Below, piece by piece: positions 8,887 through 11,323 of a stretch of DNA of 11,323 bases; positions within the stretch are counted from its first letter, which is position 1; each line of letters begins with the position of its first letter. A model generated the notes under the pieces. The model did not search any database and was not told where the DNA came from. It saw only the letters and a program-made list of their open reading frames with translations. Origin of the DNA: Amoeboaphelidium protococcarum X5 (lineage: Eukaryota > Fungi > Aphelidiomycota); NCBI GenBank assembly GCA_023515725.1, contig JALDTO010000197.1, positions 1 to 11,323 on the forward strand. Direction: 5' to 3'. The translations under genes and the position numbers were made by a program.

Positions 8887-9953
8887 ATGGCCAACAATTA
8901 TCAAAAGATTGAAAAGATTGGCGAAGGTATGATCCTCTGCTGATTCTTCTTTCAAAATTGACAAAAGTATTGTAGGAACTTATGGTGTCGTTTATAAGGC
9001 AAAGCATAAAAAGTCTGAAGAAATTGGTAAGTGATATCGTCTTCAAGACCTTCGAATTATTTATATTATGTAGTGGCAATGAAAAAGATCAGACTTGAGG
9101 GAGAAGATGAAGGTGTGCCGTCCACTGCAATTCGTGAAATATCTTTGCTCAAAGAGCTTCAGCACAAGAACGTTGTCCGACTGCTGGACGTGATTCATGA
9201 GGAAAACAAGCTGTATCTGGTGTTTGAGTATCTACACCTGGATCTCAAAAAGTTTATGGATTCTGTAGTTGAGAGAACCGGCTAAGGCTTTACACCAGCT
9301 GCTGTTAGAGTAAGATTCATCCTTAAACTGAATATTCAACGATAGTTTATAACTCATCACTGTTAATCGCCGTCGTGTAGTCTTACTTGAAACAGTTGAT
9401 CGCGGGAATCTCTTATTGCCATTCTCATCGCATTTTACATCGAGATCTGAAACCATAGAATCTGCTCATTGATACTGATGGCAATTTGAAACTTGCCGAT
9501 TTTGGTTTGGCGCGTGCATTTGGAATTCCTCTAAGATCATACACACATGAAGTGGTCACATTGTGGTACCGTGCTCCTGAGATTCTGCTGGGAAGCAAGC
9601 ATTACTCAACCGCGGTTGATATTTGGAGTATTGGGTGTATCTACGCAGAAATGGTTATGATGTCTCCTCTGTTTCCAGGAGATTCTGAAATTGATGAGAT
9701 ATTTAGAATATTCAGAACGCTTGGTACTCCGACAGAAGAAAACTGGTAGGGAGTCGCTTAATTGCCCGACTACAAGCCAACTTTCCCCAAATGGTAAGCT
9801 CAGAAGCTGCGTTCTATTATCAAAGATGAGAATCTATGTGATCTTGGAATAGATCTGATGGAAAAGATGTTAAAGTATGATCCGGGACAGAGAATATCTG
9901 CTAAACAAGCTCTATGTCATGCCTACTTTACAGCTGATCTTGCGGAAGAATGA
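8887..9953 (+). CDS. CDK1: Cyclin-dependent kinase 1 (cdc2/Cdc28, PSTAIRE), 299 aa; exons 8887-8926, 8976-9026, 9074-9309, 9381-9953
   Basis: [40 protein letters not shown] (Q = TAG 9456-9458), [47 protein letters not shown]. Introns 8927-8975, 9027-9073 and 9310-9380 are all GT..TGTAG. Spliced length 900 nt. Stop TGA 9951-9953. Confidence 0.96.
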
Positions 9954-10126
9954 GTACAATTTGCGCGATTACCATGGCCACTTTAAGTAAGTTATAGATC
10001 GTGAACCTCATGACGAATAATTTAAGTTTTGCCTCTTTAAAATAAAAACTATCTATTTACTATCGTATTTAAACAGTGTCCTTATTTAATACACAGCAAG
10101 GTGATGTTACATCGAAATTCAGAAGG

Positions 10127-10735
10127 TCAGTCTCTTTCATTGCCAACATTAGACTGCAAGTAATTGGTCATATTATTTCCAAGTGTTGCATAATTATCTT
10201 AAGCTTACGTTGCATTGCTTATAGAAACAGAGCCACGTTGAGCATTTGCTTCTTCCCGGGGAACGATATCAATAAGGAAATCGTAAACATCATTTTTACT
10301 GATTGCAGTGGCAATGTCAGACCTTTGCAAAGTTCTTCTCTTGTTTTCTTCAGTGTGAATCCAGCTACGCATAGTCAGTTCCAATATGAATATCTCACAG
10401 GCTTTGGCTAATAGAGCTGGTGCCTCTCCACTGATCATCATCTTCTACTTGGTATCCTCTTCAGCTTTCATCACTTTCTTCACTCTAGCAAGGGGCAAAG
10501 TGTGACTCTTTGCAATAGCCTTTGGATCAGTGACTTGAATTTCATGCATCGTGTTCTACCAGAACTGATTAATTATACTTAACTAAGATGGCTAATAGTA
10601 GCCAGCATGAGGATTTTGCACCAGTCCATGAGGCATACCAATCACCTAGTTCTAATCAAATCTCATCTGCGGCTGTTACAGCGGCATTTGAGGCATAAAA
10701 TCCTTCTATTCTTGCTAATCTTTACGGAAATTCAT
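10127..10735 (-). CDS. HAP5: CCAAT-binding factor subunit NF-YC / Hap5 (histone fold), ~202 aa
   Basis: FWQ (Q = TAG 10558-10556)...[13 protein letters not shown]...[63 protein letters not shown]. Gln-rich N-terminus largely encoded by TAR. Stop TGA 10129-10127. ATG 10735 is the likely start, but an upstream exon is not excluded. Confidence 0.92.
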
Positions 10736-10998
10736 AACTTACTCTCGACTCTGATATAATATATAGACTGGATATGTCAGATTAATAAGGACTAAGTAAA
10801 ACAAGATGTGGTCATGGTCAAGATGGCTGGAACAGCAGCTGTGAAATCAATCAAACAAACAAACATTCATATGATCGTCTTAGGCGACTAGCCATTGTAT
10901 GCCTTCTTTCAGCAATATATTTTCTATTGAACGAAAACTAATATTTAGTTTTCCAATTACAAAAAATGTATTTCAGAAATCATAGCAATTAATTTATT

Positions 10999-11322
10999 TC
11001 AATTTAGGGAGCTAAATAAACGATGTTTCAATGCATCAACGGCACTCAGTATCTTGCCATCACATAAGAGCTACATCAATTCCAAAAGTTCTGGTATTTT
11101 ATCCAAGGCATGCAGCCTTTCTAACATTAAATTTCCCACTTGCATTAGATCATGAAGAGGAATAAGCTTCTGACACAATTCTGTAGCTGGATAAAAGTTC
11201 CAATTTACAAAAGTCGTCCCAGGCTTCCTAGAATGATCAAAATCAATCAGCATCCAAAATCCATTCGCAACTGATGTAGGAACATATACAATGTTAGACC
11301 ATCTTATATCTCCATGACACCA
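10999..11322 (-). CDS. C-terminal lobe of a divergent protein kinase, Crinkler(CRN)-effector-type; 5' part outside window
   Basis: WCHGDIRWSNIVY (catalytic loop HxDxRxxN), FWMLIDFDHS (DFG-equivalent), HDLMQVGNLM (subdomain IX), LSAVDALKHRLF (subdomain XI). Reads through TAG 11073-11071 to TGA 11001-10999. Confidence 0.78.
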
Positions 11323-11323
11323 T

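Noticed and set aside
156-10411. Antisense and off-frame ORFs in the supplied track (for example 156-347 -, 3597-3908 +, 4742-5041 +, 4930-5250 -, 6527-6856 -, 7969-8379 -, 10076-10411 +)
   Set aside because: They are shadows of the real table-6 genes on the other strand or frame and carry no motifs.
1-11323. Interpretation as a cluster of pseudogenes full of nonsense mutations
   Set aside because: Interruptions are exclusively TAA/TAG, never TGA or frameshifts. They fall on conserved Gln sites and affect essential genes such as CDK1 and NF-YC whose motifs are intact.
1-11323. Prokaryotic or phage features (CRISPR, operons, recoded phage with TAG=Gln)
   Set aside because: Spliceosomal GT-AG introns and CDK1/NF-YC/FERM genes show a eukaryotic nuclear origin. 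Both TAA and TAG are reassigned and no repeat-spacer array is present.

Overview
Gene-dense eukaryotic nuclear DNA that is only readable with a non-standard code: TAA/TAG = Gln and TGA is the sole stop (translation table 6). The supplied ORF track is fragmented because it treats TAA/TAG as stops. Re-translated by hand, the window holds nine protein genes separated by 94-401 bp: a 5'-truncated Lys-rich protein (+), nicotinamide riboside kinase (+, 2 introns), an FRMD8-like FERM protein (+), a type-I membrane protein with a 7-repeat FG-GAP (integrin-alpha-like) beta-propeller (-, 1 intron), a two-RRM SR/Gbp2-like RNA-binding protein (+, 1 intron), an orphan putative GPI-anchored glycoprotein (+), PSTAIRE CDK1/cdc2 (+, 3 introns), NF-YC/Hap5 (-) and the 3' end of a Crinkler-type protein kinase (-). 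All nine end in TGA, and all seven inferred introns (47-80 nt) end in TGTAG. Opisthokont-like gene content plus TAR=Gln suggests an aphelid such as Amoeboaphelidium protococcarum (inference, not verified).
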